A DNA stretch of 20,000 bases from an uncultured virus (IMG/VR IMGVR_UViG_3300023110_001306). Lineage: Duplodnaviria > Heunggongvirae > Uroviricota > Caudoviricetes. The notes under the pieces were generated by a model. It had not been told where the DNA came from. It was given only the letters and a program-made list of their open reading frames with translations, and did not search any database. Positions 8,482-17,108 of this stretch are shown in pieces (position 1 is the stretch's first letter; every line of letters starts with the position of its first letter). The stretch is taken from positions 57,991 through 77,990 of the IMG/VR virus record IMGVR_UViG_3300023110_001306; one strand, given 5' to 3'. The translations under genes were made by a program, and so were the position numbers.

Positions 8482-8931
8482 TTACTTAACTTCGATTGAT
8501 CTTGCTTTTTTAGCCTCTGGAATAATTCTTTCCAAAGCAATTCTAAGCAAGCCATCTTTTAGTTCAGCACCTTGTACTACTACATCGTCTGCAATAGTAA
8601 ATGATTTAGTAAAGTGCCTTTTACTAATACCTCTGTATTGTACACCATCCGCTTCATCGTCAGTTTTTGACTCTTGGATTGATTTAACAGTTACCACACC
8701 GTCTTCGTATGATACGTCAATATCCTTTTTGCCAAAACCAGCAAGTGCTAATTCAATATCGTAAGTATAGTCGCCTGTTTTTACAATATTGTATGGCGGA
8801 TAGTTAGTGTTAAAAGTAGGTGCATTGAAGAAGTCGTCTTCAATCATTCTTTCGAATCTATCAAAGATAGGATCGAACCCTACTGATACGGGTCTTAGTT
8901 GGTTAAAGATTGATAGTGATTTGTTTGTCAT
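8482..8931 (-). CDS. ibpA: Small heat-shock protein Hsp20 (IbpA-like)
   Basis: NYPPYNIVK...IELALAGF...YRGISKRHFTKSF...GAELKDGLLRIALERIIPE...IEV. Confidence 0.95.
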   Translation of the reverse strand: MTNKSLSIFNQLRPVSVGFDPIFDRFERMIEDDFFNAPTFNTNYPPYNIVKTGDYTYDIELALAGFGKKDIDVSYEDGVVTVKSIQESKTDDEADGVQYRGISKRHFTKSFTIADDVVVQGAELKDGLLRIALERIIPEAKKARSIEVK

Positions 8932-9000
8932 TTGTTTTCTCCTTATTAAGCAAGTTGTTTGTCATGTAAGACCTATCAAGCATCTTACAATCTTATTTAT
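8932..9000 (-). promoter_or_regulatory. ROSE-like structured 5' leader of hsp20 plus ATAAATA late-promoter motif
   Basis: mRNA: UGUAAGA-UGCUUGAUAGG-UCUUACA hairpin, then CUUGCUU-AAU-AAGGAG (UUGCU pairing with the SD, bulged G). Confidence 0.7.
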
Positions 9001-10885
9001 CTACCTCTTCAAACTCGGCGTCTACAACGTTTTCATCTTTCTTAGATGTTGTTTCTGCTTCTTCTGAAGTGTTAGATTCTTGTTGTGCCTTGTAAACTGC
9101 TTCACCTAACTTCATTGCCACTTGTGATAGTGCTTCTGTTTTAGATTTAATATCTTCAACATTGTCACCTTTAAGTGCTTCTTGTAAGTTAGTCTTAGCA
9201 TCTTCAATTGATGTTTTAATATCTTCCGATACTTTATCACCGTGTTCTTTTAACTGTGATTCAACTGAGTGTACAAGACCGTCAGCATTGTTTCTAGCAT
9301 CTACGGCTTCTCTCTTTTGTTTGTCAGCCTCTTTATTTGCTTCTGCATCTTTGACCATTTGTTCAATTTCTGCATCACTCAAACCGCCGTCTGATTTAAT
9401 AGAGATTGTTTGTTCTTTGCCTGTGCCTTTATCTTTTGCTGATACGTTAACAATACCGTTTGCGTCAATATCAAATGTTACTTCAATTTGAGGCATACCT
9501 TTTGGTGCTGGTGCAATACCTTCTAGATTAAAGAGACCAAGTTCTTTATTATCTACAGCCATTTCACGCTCACCTTGTAATACCTTAATAGTAACTGCTG
9601 ATTGATTATCTTCCGCAGTACTAAACACTTGTGATTGTTTAGTTGGGATTGTTGTATTCTTTTCAATTAGTTTAGTAGTAACACCGCCTAGTGTTTCAAT
9701 ACCCAATGAAAGCGGAGTAACGTCAAGTAGCAATACATCTTTAACATCACCACTTAATACACCTGCTTGAATTGCGGCACCTAGTGCTACAACTTCATCT
9801 GGGTTAACACCTTTGTTTGGATCTTTACCAAAGAATGTTTTAACAGTTTCTTGTACCTTAGGCATACGTGTCATACCACCTACTAGTACAACGTCTGTAA
9901 TATCACCTTTGCTTACACCTGCGTCTTTAAGAGCAGTTTCACAAGGTTTAATTGAACGTTGGATTAGTTCGTCTACAAGACTTTCAAACTTAGCACGAGT
10001 AATTTTTAAATTCAAGTGCTTAGGTCCAGAAGCATCTGCTGTAATAAATGGTAGACTGATGTCAGTTTGTGTTGTGCTTGACAATTCAATCTTTGTTTTT
10101 TCAGCCGCTTCACGTACACGTTGTAGTGCTAGTTTGTCTGTTGAAATATCTACACCAGACTCTTTCTTAAACTCGTCTACAATGTATTGTGTAAGAACAG
10201 CATCAAAGTCTTCACCACCTAATGCTGTGTCACCGTTTGTTGAAAGTACTTCAAATACTCCGTCACCGAGGTCAAGTACTGATACGTCAAATGTACCACC
10301 ACCTAAGTCATACACAACAATCTTGCCTGACTCTTTTTTATCTAGTCCGTAAGCAAGTGCCGCCGCTGTTGGTTCATTTACAATACGTAAAACTTCTAGT
10401 CCTGCAATTTTACCTGCATCTTTAGTTGCTTGACGTTGTGCATCGTTAAAGTATGCTGGTACTGTAATAACTGCTTGTGTTACAGTTGAGCCTGTATACT
10501 TTTCAGCAGTTTCTTTCATCTTGGTTAATACTTCTGCTGATACTTGTTGTGGGGAAAGTTCTTTACCTTTTGTTTCTACCCACGCATCACCGTTCTTTGC
10601 TTCTACAATTTTGTATGGAAGCGTTTTAGCATCACGTGTGATTTCTTTTGATTTAAACTTACGTCCAATTAGACGCTTTGACGCATAGATTGTGTTCTCT
10701 GCGTTAGTAACTGCTTGACGCTTTGCTGATACACCTACAAGTGTACCATCGTCAGTATAGGCTACAATACTAGGTGTAGTTCTATTACCTTCTACGTTTT
10801 CAATTACTTGGGGATCTTTGCCGCTTAGTATAGCAACACATGAATTTGTGGTACCCAAATCGATACCAATAACTTTATTAGCCAT
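8993..10885 (-). CDS. dnaK: Chaperone DnaK (Hsp70)
   Basis: [54 protein letters not shown]-terminal VVDAEFEEV; start 10885 after AAGGAG. Confidence 0.98.
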   Translation of the reverse strand: MANKVIGIDLGTTNSCVAILSGKDPQVIENVEGNRTTPSIVAYTDDGTLVGVSAKRQAVTNAENTIYASKRLIGRKFKSKEITRDAKTLPYKIVEAKNGDAWVETKGKELSPQQVSAEVLTKMKETAEKYTGSTVTQAVITVPAYFNDAQRQATKDAGKIAGLEVLRIVNEPTAAALAYGLDKKESGKIVVYDLGGGTFDVSVLDLGDGVFEVLSTNGDTALGGEDFDAVLTQYIVDEFKKESGVDISTDKLALQRVREAAEKTKIELSSTTQTDISLPFITADASGPKHLNLKITRAKFESLVDELIQRSIKPCETALKDAGVSKGDITDVVLVGGMTRMPKVQETVKTFFGKDPNKGVNPDEVVALGAAIQAGVLSGDVKDVLLLDVTPLSLGIETLGGVTTKLIEKNTTIPTKQSQVFSTAEDNQSAVTIKVLQGEREMAVDNKELGLFNLEGIAPAPKGMPQIEVTFDIDANGIVNVSAKDKGTGKEQTISIKSDGGLSDAEIEQMVKDAEANKEADKQKREAVDARNNADGLVHSVESQLKEHGDKVSEDIKTSIEDAKTNLQEALKGDNVEDIKSKTEALSQVAMKLGEAVYKAQQESNTSEEAETTSKKDENVVDAEFEEVDK

Positions 10886-10955
10886 TTTTTTCTCCTTATT
10901 AAGCAAGTTTTAATTACAAAACCTATTCAGCATTTTGTAACATATAAGTATTTAT
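10886..10955 (-). promoter_or_regulatory. ROSE-like structured 5' leader of dnaK plus ATAAATA motif
   Basis: mRNA: UUACAAAA-UGCUGAAUAGG-UUUUGUAA hairpin, then CUUGCUUAAUAAGGAG; 22 nt identical to the hsp20 leader. Confidence 0.7.
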
Positions 10956-10969
10956 CACTTATATAGTAT

Positions 10970-10998
10970 ATATAGTGTTAAATCGACTATTTTTCAAG
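10970..10998 (-). promoter_or_regulatory. RpoH (sigma32)-like or sigma70 promoter upstream of dnaK
   Basis: CTTGAA-N16-ACTATAT; also readable as TTGAAA-N17-TATATA. Confidence 0.45.
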
Positions 10999-11006
10999 TC
11001 TAAATG

Positions 11007-11567
11007 TTACCGATTTATAAAATAAAACTGATTGATACTATATCTACCACTTCCTATACACCTAGATACACTATGTTGTAAAAAACTTGGAAATAATATA
11101 GTTGTATTATTTTTTAATGTAGGCTTATATCCAAAGTCTGTAAACTCTAAATCTCCACCTTCAAATGCTTTTGGTTCTTTCCATAAAACTGTCACGGCAG
11201 ATAATGTGCCATGATCAGCATGATGATCATATACTGCTCCGTTTCCATAATAGTTTACCTGTGTTACATCATGGTTAGTGTAAGGTAAGTATCCTGCAAA
11301 CGGATTGTCTTTTAGTTGCTCTTGCAAATAAAATAGTTTCCTATTAAAGTTCAAGACGTAACTTTTTTCTCTGTTATCTTTATAGTGTGTATCCATGTGA
11401 ATAGCACACATTTTATCATTTGCTCTAGGGTCGCCAGTTTCTGCTGACGGTCTAAAGTATGCGTCTAGTGAATTAATCTCTACAAGGATTTCTTTTAGTT
11501 CCCACGGTTCGTAAAAATCGTAGATGATACTATGATGAAAAGGTTCATGTAGATTCTTAACAAGCAC
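11007..11567 (-). CDS. 2OG-Fe(II) oxygenase
   Basis: YDHHAD (HxD), GGDLEF, LFPSFLQHSV (His), GRYSIN (Arg); GTG start overlaps the guaC stop. Confidence 0.85.
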   Translation of the reverse strand: MLVKNLHEPFHHSIIYDFYEPWELKEILVEINSLDAYFRPSAETGDPRANDKMCAIHMDTHYKDNREKSYVLNFNRKLFYLQEQLKDNPFAGYLPYTNHDVTQVNYYGNGAVYDHHADHGTLSAVTVLWKEPKAFEGGDLEFTDFGYKPTLKNNTTILFPSFLQHSVSRCIGSGRYSINQFYFINR

Positions 11568-12718
11568 TAGTTACCTATTGTGTTTTTTTCGTATACAGTA
11601 TTGTGTGTTTGTGTACAACGTACAAATGTAGCACATCTACTTAGATGTTTAAGTCTTATTGCGCCAGCATAAGTACAAGCAGAACGCAACCCACCCAAGA
11701 TATCTTGAACAGTAGTAGCCACTGCTCCTCGGTAAGGCACAAGAATTTCTCTTCCTTCACTGCTTCTATACTCCTTAAGGCCTCCAAAGTGTTTGTCGTT
11801 CGCGGCCTTCGAACTCATTCCGTAGAATTGTACAAACTTTTTTTCTTCAATTTTATTTTGTATACCACCTTGATCAAAAGTAACTTCATCTGTAGTATAC
11901 ATTTTAGTAATTACTTCTCCACCACCTTCATCGTGCCCGGCGAGCATTCCTCCAAGCATAACAAAATCTGCTCCTGCGGCAAAAGCCTTTGCAACATCTC
12001 CAGGCGATACGCATCCTCCATCGGCAATAATGTGTCCACCGAGACCGTGTGCGGCGTCGGCACATTCAATGACTGCGGAGAGTTGTGGGAATCCAACCCC
12101 AGTTTGAATCCTAGTAGTACACACGCTCCCGGGACCAATACCCACCTTAACAATATCCGCTCCACTTAAAATTAACTCCTCTGTCATTTCTCCGGTAACT
12201 ACATTACCTGCAATAATTACAATATGTGGATATAAACGTCTAAACTCTGCAACAAAGTCACGGAAACGATTTGAATATCCGTTAGCAACATCGATACAAA
12301 CATAACGTAACTTATCACCTGTTTGTTCATATACTTGACGAAACTTTTCATGATCGTGATCAGTAATACCAATGCTCATTGCTACATACTGGGTACGTTC
12401 ATCGTATTCACTATCAAAGTAACATACTAAATCATTTACACTATATGTCTTTTTAAGACAGGTAAACATTTTTACTTCAGCAAGTTTGTCTGCAACTTCA
12501 AATGTTCCTACACCATCCATGTTAGCGGCCATAATAGGAATACCCCGCCAGTGTCTATGATCAGGTCGGATTTGCTCCATGCTCATATCTTGTGGCTTCC
12601 AGTTACGCCAAGTAAATCCTCTTTCAAGATCTACTTCTTTACGACTTCCTAAAGTTGAACGTTTAGGACGTAGTAATACATCTTTGTAGTCAAGTTTAAT
12701 GTCTTGGTCGATTCGCAC
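11567..12718 (-). CDS. guaC: GMP reductase
   Basis: LDYKDVLLRPKRSTL, PIMAANMDGVG, CIDVANGYS, KVGIGPGSVCTTR, FYGMSS, YRSSEG, GGLRSACTY; GTG start at 12718 after GGAG. Confidence 0.95.
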   Translation of the reverse strand: MRIDQDIKLDYKDVLLRPKRSTLGSRKEVDLERGFTWRNWKPQDMSMEQIRPDHRHWRGIPIMAANMDGVGTFEVADKLAEVKMFTCLKKTYSVNDLVCYFDSEYDERTQYVAMSIGITDHDHEKFRQVYEQTGDKLRYVCIDVANGYSNRFRDFVAEFRRLYPHIVIIAGNVVTGEMTEELILSGADIVKVGIGPGSVCTTRIQTGVGFPQLSAVIECADAAHGLGGHIIADGGCVSPGDVAKAFAAGADFVMLGGMLAGHDEGGGEVITKMYTTDEVTFDQGGIQNKIEEKKFVQFYGMSSKAANDKHFGGLKEYRSSEGREILVPYRGAVATTVQDILGGLRSACTYAGAIRLKHLSRCATFVRCTQTHNTVYEKNTIGN

Positions 12719-13316
12719 TTTTAACTCCGTAGTTAAACGATACTGCAATACGTTCGTTGTTGCTTTTGTTTTGTGTTACTTCATGTTTTGCCCAGCCAGG
12801 AAATATTGCTACCATGCCAGGTTTAGGCGGATATGTTGCCATTGTGCTTGTGATAGTATTATACTGACTTAGATTATCGGGAATATAATACTGTGCATCA
12901 TCAGGACGATAAAATCTTAAATCACCCATATTCTCATCTGGTACATCAATGTAGAATACTCCACTTAGTAATGCATCTTGATGATTGTGTAAAGTGTGAT
13001 ATGCTCCTGGTCCATTAATGTTAATCCAAAAGTTTTGAAATTCAACTTCTGGCAATCCGCAGACTTTAGATACATACGCCATAGCCTCATCTAATTCTGT
13101 TACAAATTTTCTAAGTACTGGAACGTACTGTGGATCTACTAGATCAACATTTTCAATACTACGACTGTGCCACCCACCTTGATTGCTGTTACCATGCAAG
13201 TCTGGTTCTTTAGTTCTCCAGTCATGTGCAATATGTTTCATAGCATTTCTGTCTACCTTTTCTAAATAGCCGGCAAACACAAATTGCGGAAACCATAAGT
13301 CTGCTTTAAATTCCAT
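12696..13316 (-). CDS. TIGR02466-like putative 2OG-Fe(II) oxygenase
   Basis: SNQGGWHS, WININ, HNHQDALLSGVFYI, IFPGWAKHEV, RIAVSFN. Confidence 0.85.
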   Translation of the reverse strand: MEFKADLWFPQFVFAGYLEKVDRNAMKHIAHDWRTKEPDLHGNSNQGGWHSRSIENVDLVDPQYVPVLRKFVTELDEAMAYVSKVCGLPEVEFQNFWININGPGAYHTLHNHQDALLSGVFYIDVPDENMGDLRFYRPDDAQYYIPDNLSQYNTITSTMATYPPKPGMVAIFPGWAKHEVTQNKSNNERIAVSFNYGVKSANRPRH

Positions 13317-13561
13317 TAATAACCAAATTCCCTTTCTTTACGGCGAACTTCTTTAAGCCAACGGGCACGACCTGCCGCTTTTGCTTTCTTACGTCTTTCA
13401 CTAGGTTTAATATAGTGTTGACGTTCACGTAGTTCTTGGAGTACTCCATCTTGTGAAACTTTTCTTTTGAATGTTCGTAGTGCTTTATTAAAGTCGCCAT
13501 TTTTTACTTCGACGGTTAACCCTTTGAAATGGTTATCGTCTTTCTTCCGTTGTCTTGACAA
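13316..13561 (-). CDS. rpsU: Ribosomal protein bS21 (copy 2)
   Basis: VEVKNGDFNKALRTFKRKV...GVLQELRERQHYIKPSERRKKAKAAGRAR; TTG start after AGGAG. Confidence 0.9.
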   Translation of the reverse strand: MSRQRKKDDNHFKGLTVEVKNGDFNKALRTFKRKVSQDGVLQELRERQHYIKPSERRKKAKAAGRARWLKEVRRKEREFGY

Positions 13562-13937
13562 AATACTGTTCTCCTTCTGCTATCTGTCGAAGATCGTAGA
13601 CTCTATTATTACTAATTAAATTATATGGTCTTTCGTTGTTACTTGTCAAGTAAAAAGTTTTAGATAATGGAAGAAGATATCCAATAAGCCAAACACAACT
13701 ACTAGGCACATTATCTACATCAATAATAATGTAATCTACGTAATTAGAAACCTCAATAACCCAATCCTGTTCTTCTTTGCTATCAAAAAGGTACAGATTA
13801 ATATCCGCTTTAATATTCTTTGCAACTTCATTAAACTGTTCTTTTATATTGTCGCTAGGATTAACCAAAAGAAAACTTAAATTATTATTCATAAGTTTAT
13901 CTGGAGGTGTGATCAGATTAATAATAGGTTCACTCAT
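13533..13937 (-). CDS. Phage hypothetical protein (alpha/beta)
   Basis: 134 aa ORF overlapping the rpsU start; TAAATA motif upstream. Confidence 0.7.
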   Translation of the reverse strand: MSEPIINLITPPDKLMNNNLSFLLVNPSDNIKEQFNEVAKNIKADINLYLFDSKEEQDWVIEVSNYVDYIIIDVDNVPSSCVWLIGYLLPLSKTFYLTSNNERPYNLISNNRVYDLRQIAEGEQYFVKTTEERR

Positions 13938-14027
13938 AACAAAATTACTTATTTAATTATTTGTGGATCTTGTGCCAAACTGAATTATCAGTTTGTTCGG
14001 AATTTTGAACGTATGTGTCTGGTTCAA

Positions 14028-15728
14028 TTACTGTTGTGAAGTTGGGTCTTGTTCTTCCGGCTGTGTTTTCTTGCGGATTTGTTTGTTTTCTACTTTGGTT
14101 ATGTACGAGGTTGCGTTCGCTCTTTTTTTTTGAAACTCTGGTGTTAACTCTTCTGCGTAAAAAATTCTATTCTTAGTATCTGGAATATCACTTTCTTCTG
14201 TTTCTTTTTCTGCTTCTTTGTTTGCGGCGTCAACCCATTCATTCCATTTGTCTAAGTCTGATGTCATATTAACTTCAGGTTCAAGTTCTTTTTGTTCTTC
14301 TTCAAAGTTAGGTGGTTCGTTAACTGCTATCTTTTCAGCACGAATTTTTTCATACTCGTCAAAGTTTACTTCTTTATTGTCATCATCTTGTACTTCAACT
14401 TGTTCCATTCGCTGATCATGTTCAGTTGTGTTGGAAGTATCATCCTCTGGTACCACAGTTCCGTCATCTGCATCTGCATCATAACTAGGGTCTTGTAAAT
14501 CTCTATCATCGTCATTATCCTTGTTTGGACCTTCTGGGTCTGACTTTGGGGGCAAACTACCTCCTTTGTCCTCACGGTACCAATTGAATGTGTACTGTGA
14601 TGCAATTAGAAGCAATACTGCTAATGGGTCAAACACAAAGATAATAATAATGATTACCCAACGTACTGCCGCTTCTAATAATGTTTGATCTGCTTGTTCA
14701 CCGTAGATAAATTCTGCAATATACTTAATAGGTCCTACTTCTGCTTCTAGTTTACGATATTCGCCTTCAATTTTATATTTCTGTTCTACTAGTGTATCTA
14801 TTTCTGTATTAGCATTTTTAATTCTTAATGTTTGTGTATCTATTTCTGCGTCAATGCTATCTGCTTTATCTGTATTACCTAACTGCTTACGTAATCTGTC
14901 AATAAGAGCATTTGATTGTTTAACTTGATCTTCAGCAGTCTTACGTAGACGTTTAATTTCTTCAGCGGCCGCTTTAGCCTGTGGATTATTTGTTGCTTCT
15001 TCAATCTTTTTAATTAGTGCTAAACGTTCTTTCTGTTTTTCGTCTTGCCAGTCGCCAATTTTATCTGCTGTCTTTTTACCAAAGATGCCATCTGCACTAG
15101 CACCAATCATTTGTTGTGCTTTTTTAGTTTCGCCGTTGTCAATATAACCTTGTAGTGTTTCAATTTCGGCATCTATTTTAGCAAGTTCACTACGCCATAA
15201 TGATGCTTGGCTATCAATTATAGCCTGTTGTTCATCGATGGCAGGTTGAATTCTTTTATAAGCATTGTCGATACGTTCTTGTTCTTTGTCAATTTGTGAT
15301 TGTATGTTAGCGTCAGAACCTGTACCGCTTGATTCTAGTTTTTTAATTTGATTTTCTGCACGAACAATAATATCTTCGTTTCGTTTAATTTCGTTCTCAA
15401 TACGTTCTACTTGTGCAATACTTTCTGTACCTGCACTAGTTTGTTCAATATGTGCTTTAGATAGGAACCCAAAAATACCCATACTTGTAATAAACATTAA
15501 TACGAGTACTGCTATAGATAGATACGTCTTAAGCCACCATGCGGCTCTTTCCCAGTTTCGGTGTAACCATACTGCTGTAACTAGTTTACCTACTTCTAAA
15601 GATACACCCATTACAATAATGGGAATTGCGGCCGCGGCAAATATAGCCACTAAGCCTGCGACACTATAATATATTGCTACTGCTGAAATTGTCAGAGCAG
15701 AAAAGAATGTTAAAAAACCTAATACCAT
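14028..15728 (-). CDS. Inner-membrane protein: N-terminal TM helices, long coiled coil with PG-binding-like motif, one TM helix, acidic tail
   Basis: Hydrophobic N-terminal ~90 aa, heptad-rich middle, DGIFGKKT motif, WVIIIIIFVFDPLAVLLLIA TM segment; probable start 15728 after AAGGA. Confidence 0.8.
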   Translation of the reverse strand: MVLGFLTFFSALTISAVAIYYSVAGLVAIFAAAAIPIIVMGVSLEVGKLVTAVWLHRNWERAAWWLKTYLSIAVLVLMFITSMGIFGFLSKAHIEQTSAGTESIAQVERIENEIKRNEDIIVRAENQIKKLESSGTGSDANIQSQIDKEQERIDNAYKRIQPAIDEQQAIIDSQASLWRSELAKIDAEIETLQGYIDNGETKKAQQMIGASADGIFGKKTADKIGDWQDEKQKERLALIKKIEEATNNPQAKAAAEEIKRLRKTAEDQVKQSNALIDRLRKQLGNTDKADSIDAEIDTQTLRIKNANTEIDTLVEQKYKIEGEYRKLEAEVGPIKYIAEFIYGEQADQTLLEAAVRWVIIIIIFVFDPLAVLLLIASQYTFNWYREDKGGSLPPKSDPEGPNKDNDDDRDLQDPSYDADADDGTVVPEDDTSNTTEHDQRMEQVEVQDDDNKEVNFDEYEKIRAEKIAVNEPPNFEEEQKELEPEVNMTSDLDKWNEWVDAANKEAEKETEESDIPDTKNRIFYAEELTPEFQKKRANATSYITKVENKQIRKKTQPEEQDPTSQQ

Positions 15729-15789
15729 GCTGTTCCTTTTTATATACATTATATTTATCGACGCTTTTGATATTAGATAAGTGCTATTT

Positions 15790-16230
15790 TTATCGAATAA
15801 AACGCCAACCCTTATGTCCTGACTCTTTACAAGCCGTTTCTTTAAAGTTTCTAGTTTTGCCTTTATATAACAATGTACTTGCTAGGGTACGACAATACCC
15901 GCTACCTTGCGGATAAGTGGATAGAACTAACACTTTGCCGTTAGTTCCTGTTTGATTATTGTACCATGATGACTCTTCGCCATTCTCTAGTGTGTTAAGA
16001 GCAAAAAAGATAGATTGTTCTTGTTTTAATCTATCTTCTTGTGGAAGTCTATACCAATGCCACTTACCTAGATTAACTAGGATACCTACATACCCGTTGG
16101 ACGGTTGATATGTTGACTCTACACTAGATAGTGTGCTATCACTTCTATGATATGTATCTTGTGATGTTGTTGAACACGCCCCTAAAAAACTAGTAAGGAC
16201 TATTAACAATATACCATCGCGAAGTTTCAT
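15790..16230 (-). CDS. Lipoprotein, 17-kDa surface antigen (RT0821/Lpp0805)-like C-terminal domain
   Basis: Lipobox LGAC; W.N..TG..G.V...YCR...TACK...W pattern. Confidence 0.75.
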   Translation of the reverse strand: MKLRDGILLIVLTSFLGACSTTSQDTYHRSDSTLSSVESTYQPSNGYVGILVNLGKWHWYRLPQEDRLKQEQSIFFALNTLENGEESSWYNNQTGTNGKVLVLSTYPQGSGYCRTLASTLLYKGKTRNFKETACKESGHKGWRFIR

Positions 16231-16528
16231 AACTGTTACCCTTTACTAGACAAGCATAGCCTTTACGTTCGACCATTTGTCCATTAATGTTAACTTCATA
16301 CCAATGTTCTCTACAACTTTCTGCTAGACCCATTTTAGGCGGTAGCATCTTTTTAACTACATTGTCACTACATTGGACAATAGTATTACTAGATACTGTC
16401 TTACCATCCTTTATTTGGATTGTTTCGTCTGTTTGGCAGTATTGTGGTATATGACTTTTTGTTGCCACTTGACCTGTACTGCTACACGCCGACATCAGAA
16501 TTACAGATAGTAGAAGAACATACTTCAT
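16190..16528 (-). CDS. Lipoprotein, Cys-rich, unknown function
   Basis: Signal peptide with lipobox MSAC; four further Cys. Confidence 0.7.
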   Translation of the reverse strand: MKYVLLLSVILMSACSSTGQVATKSHIPQYCQTDETIQIKDGKTVSSNTIVQCSDNVVKKMLPPKMGLAESCREHWYEVNINGQMVERKGYACLVKGNSYETSRWYIVNSPY

Positions 16529-16529
16529 A

Positions 16530-17021
16530 TTACTGAGCCTGCTTTGATTCTAGAATCAGTCTATCAAATACCTCTAAAGGCATTTTAATACGAACGTATG
16601 TATGAACCCTATTAGTACTTGCTAACTGATAAGAGTACTTCTTAACTTCAAGATGTTCTCTAATAGTTGTGTCCTTAACAAGGTGTTCAACTCTTGTTGA
16701 ATCGTTTCGTGTGTCGTTTTTAATGTCAACAACTGTAGATGAATTTACAGTTCCGTTGATTCTTTCTGCAAAGCCTTTTACTGCGAATGCATAAGCCTGT
16801 GATTCACTTGCTTGTTCGTATAGACTTTCGCCCATACCACACGCATAAGCATAATCAGTTTTCCAGAATAAAAATCCTTCTGCACCAATTTGCTCACAGT
16901 CAGCATACCAATTTGGATTTGCCTTTGTTTCTCTAACTTCGAGTGTCTTCATCGATGTACAAGCACCTAACATAGATGCAACTACACCAATTAGTAACAC
17001 ATTCTTTAATGTGCCTTTCAT
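16530..17021 (-). CDS. Lipoprotein, LPP20-like
   Basis: Lipobox LGAC; PNWY...YACGMGES...A...A...FAERING.V pattern; strong SD. Confidence 0.7.
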   Translation of the reverse strand: MKGTLKNVLLIGVVASMLGACTSMKTLEVRETKANPNWYADCEQIGAEGFLFWKTDYAYACGMGESLYEQASESQAYAFAVKGFAERINGTVNSSTVVDIKNDTRNDSTRVEHLVKDTTIREHLEVKKYSYQLASTNRVHTYVRIKMPLEVFDRLILESKQAQ

Positions 17022-17063
17022 AAATTTAAGCCTCCTTAGCCTATTCGTTTAATTTACTATTAC

Positions 17064-17102
17064 AGTATATACAAATATAAATCAAAAGTCAAGTGGAAAT
17101 TT
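17064..17102 (-). promoter_or_regulatory. Sigma70-type promoter with conserved upstream box
   Basis: TTGACT-N17-TATACT; 20-mer at 17083-17102 identical to 3630-3649. Confidence 0.7.
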
Positions 17103-17108
17103 GCCAAT

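Noticed and set aside
8415..8555. N-terminal extension of ClpS in the ORF track
   Set aside because: Overlaps hsp20 and the hairpin; a good SD precedes ATG 8414
9162..10425. Plus-strand ORFs antisense to dnaK (9162-9491, 9813-10352, 10222-10425)
   Set aside because: Antisense ORFs opposite hsp70 genes are a known codon-bias artefact; Ser-rich, no SD, no motifs
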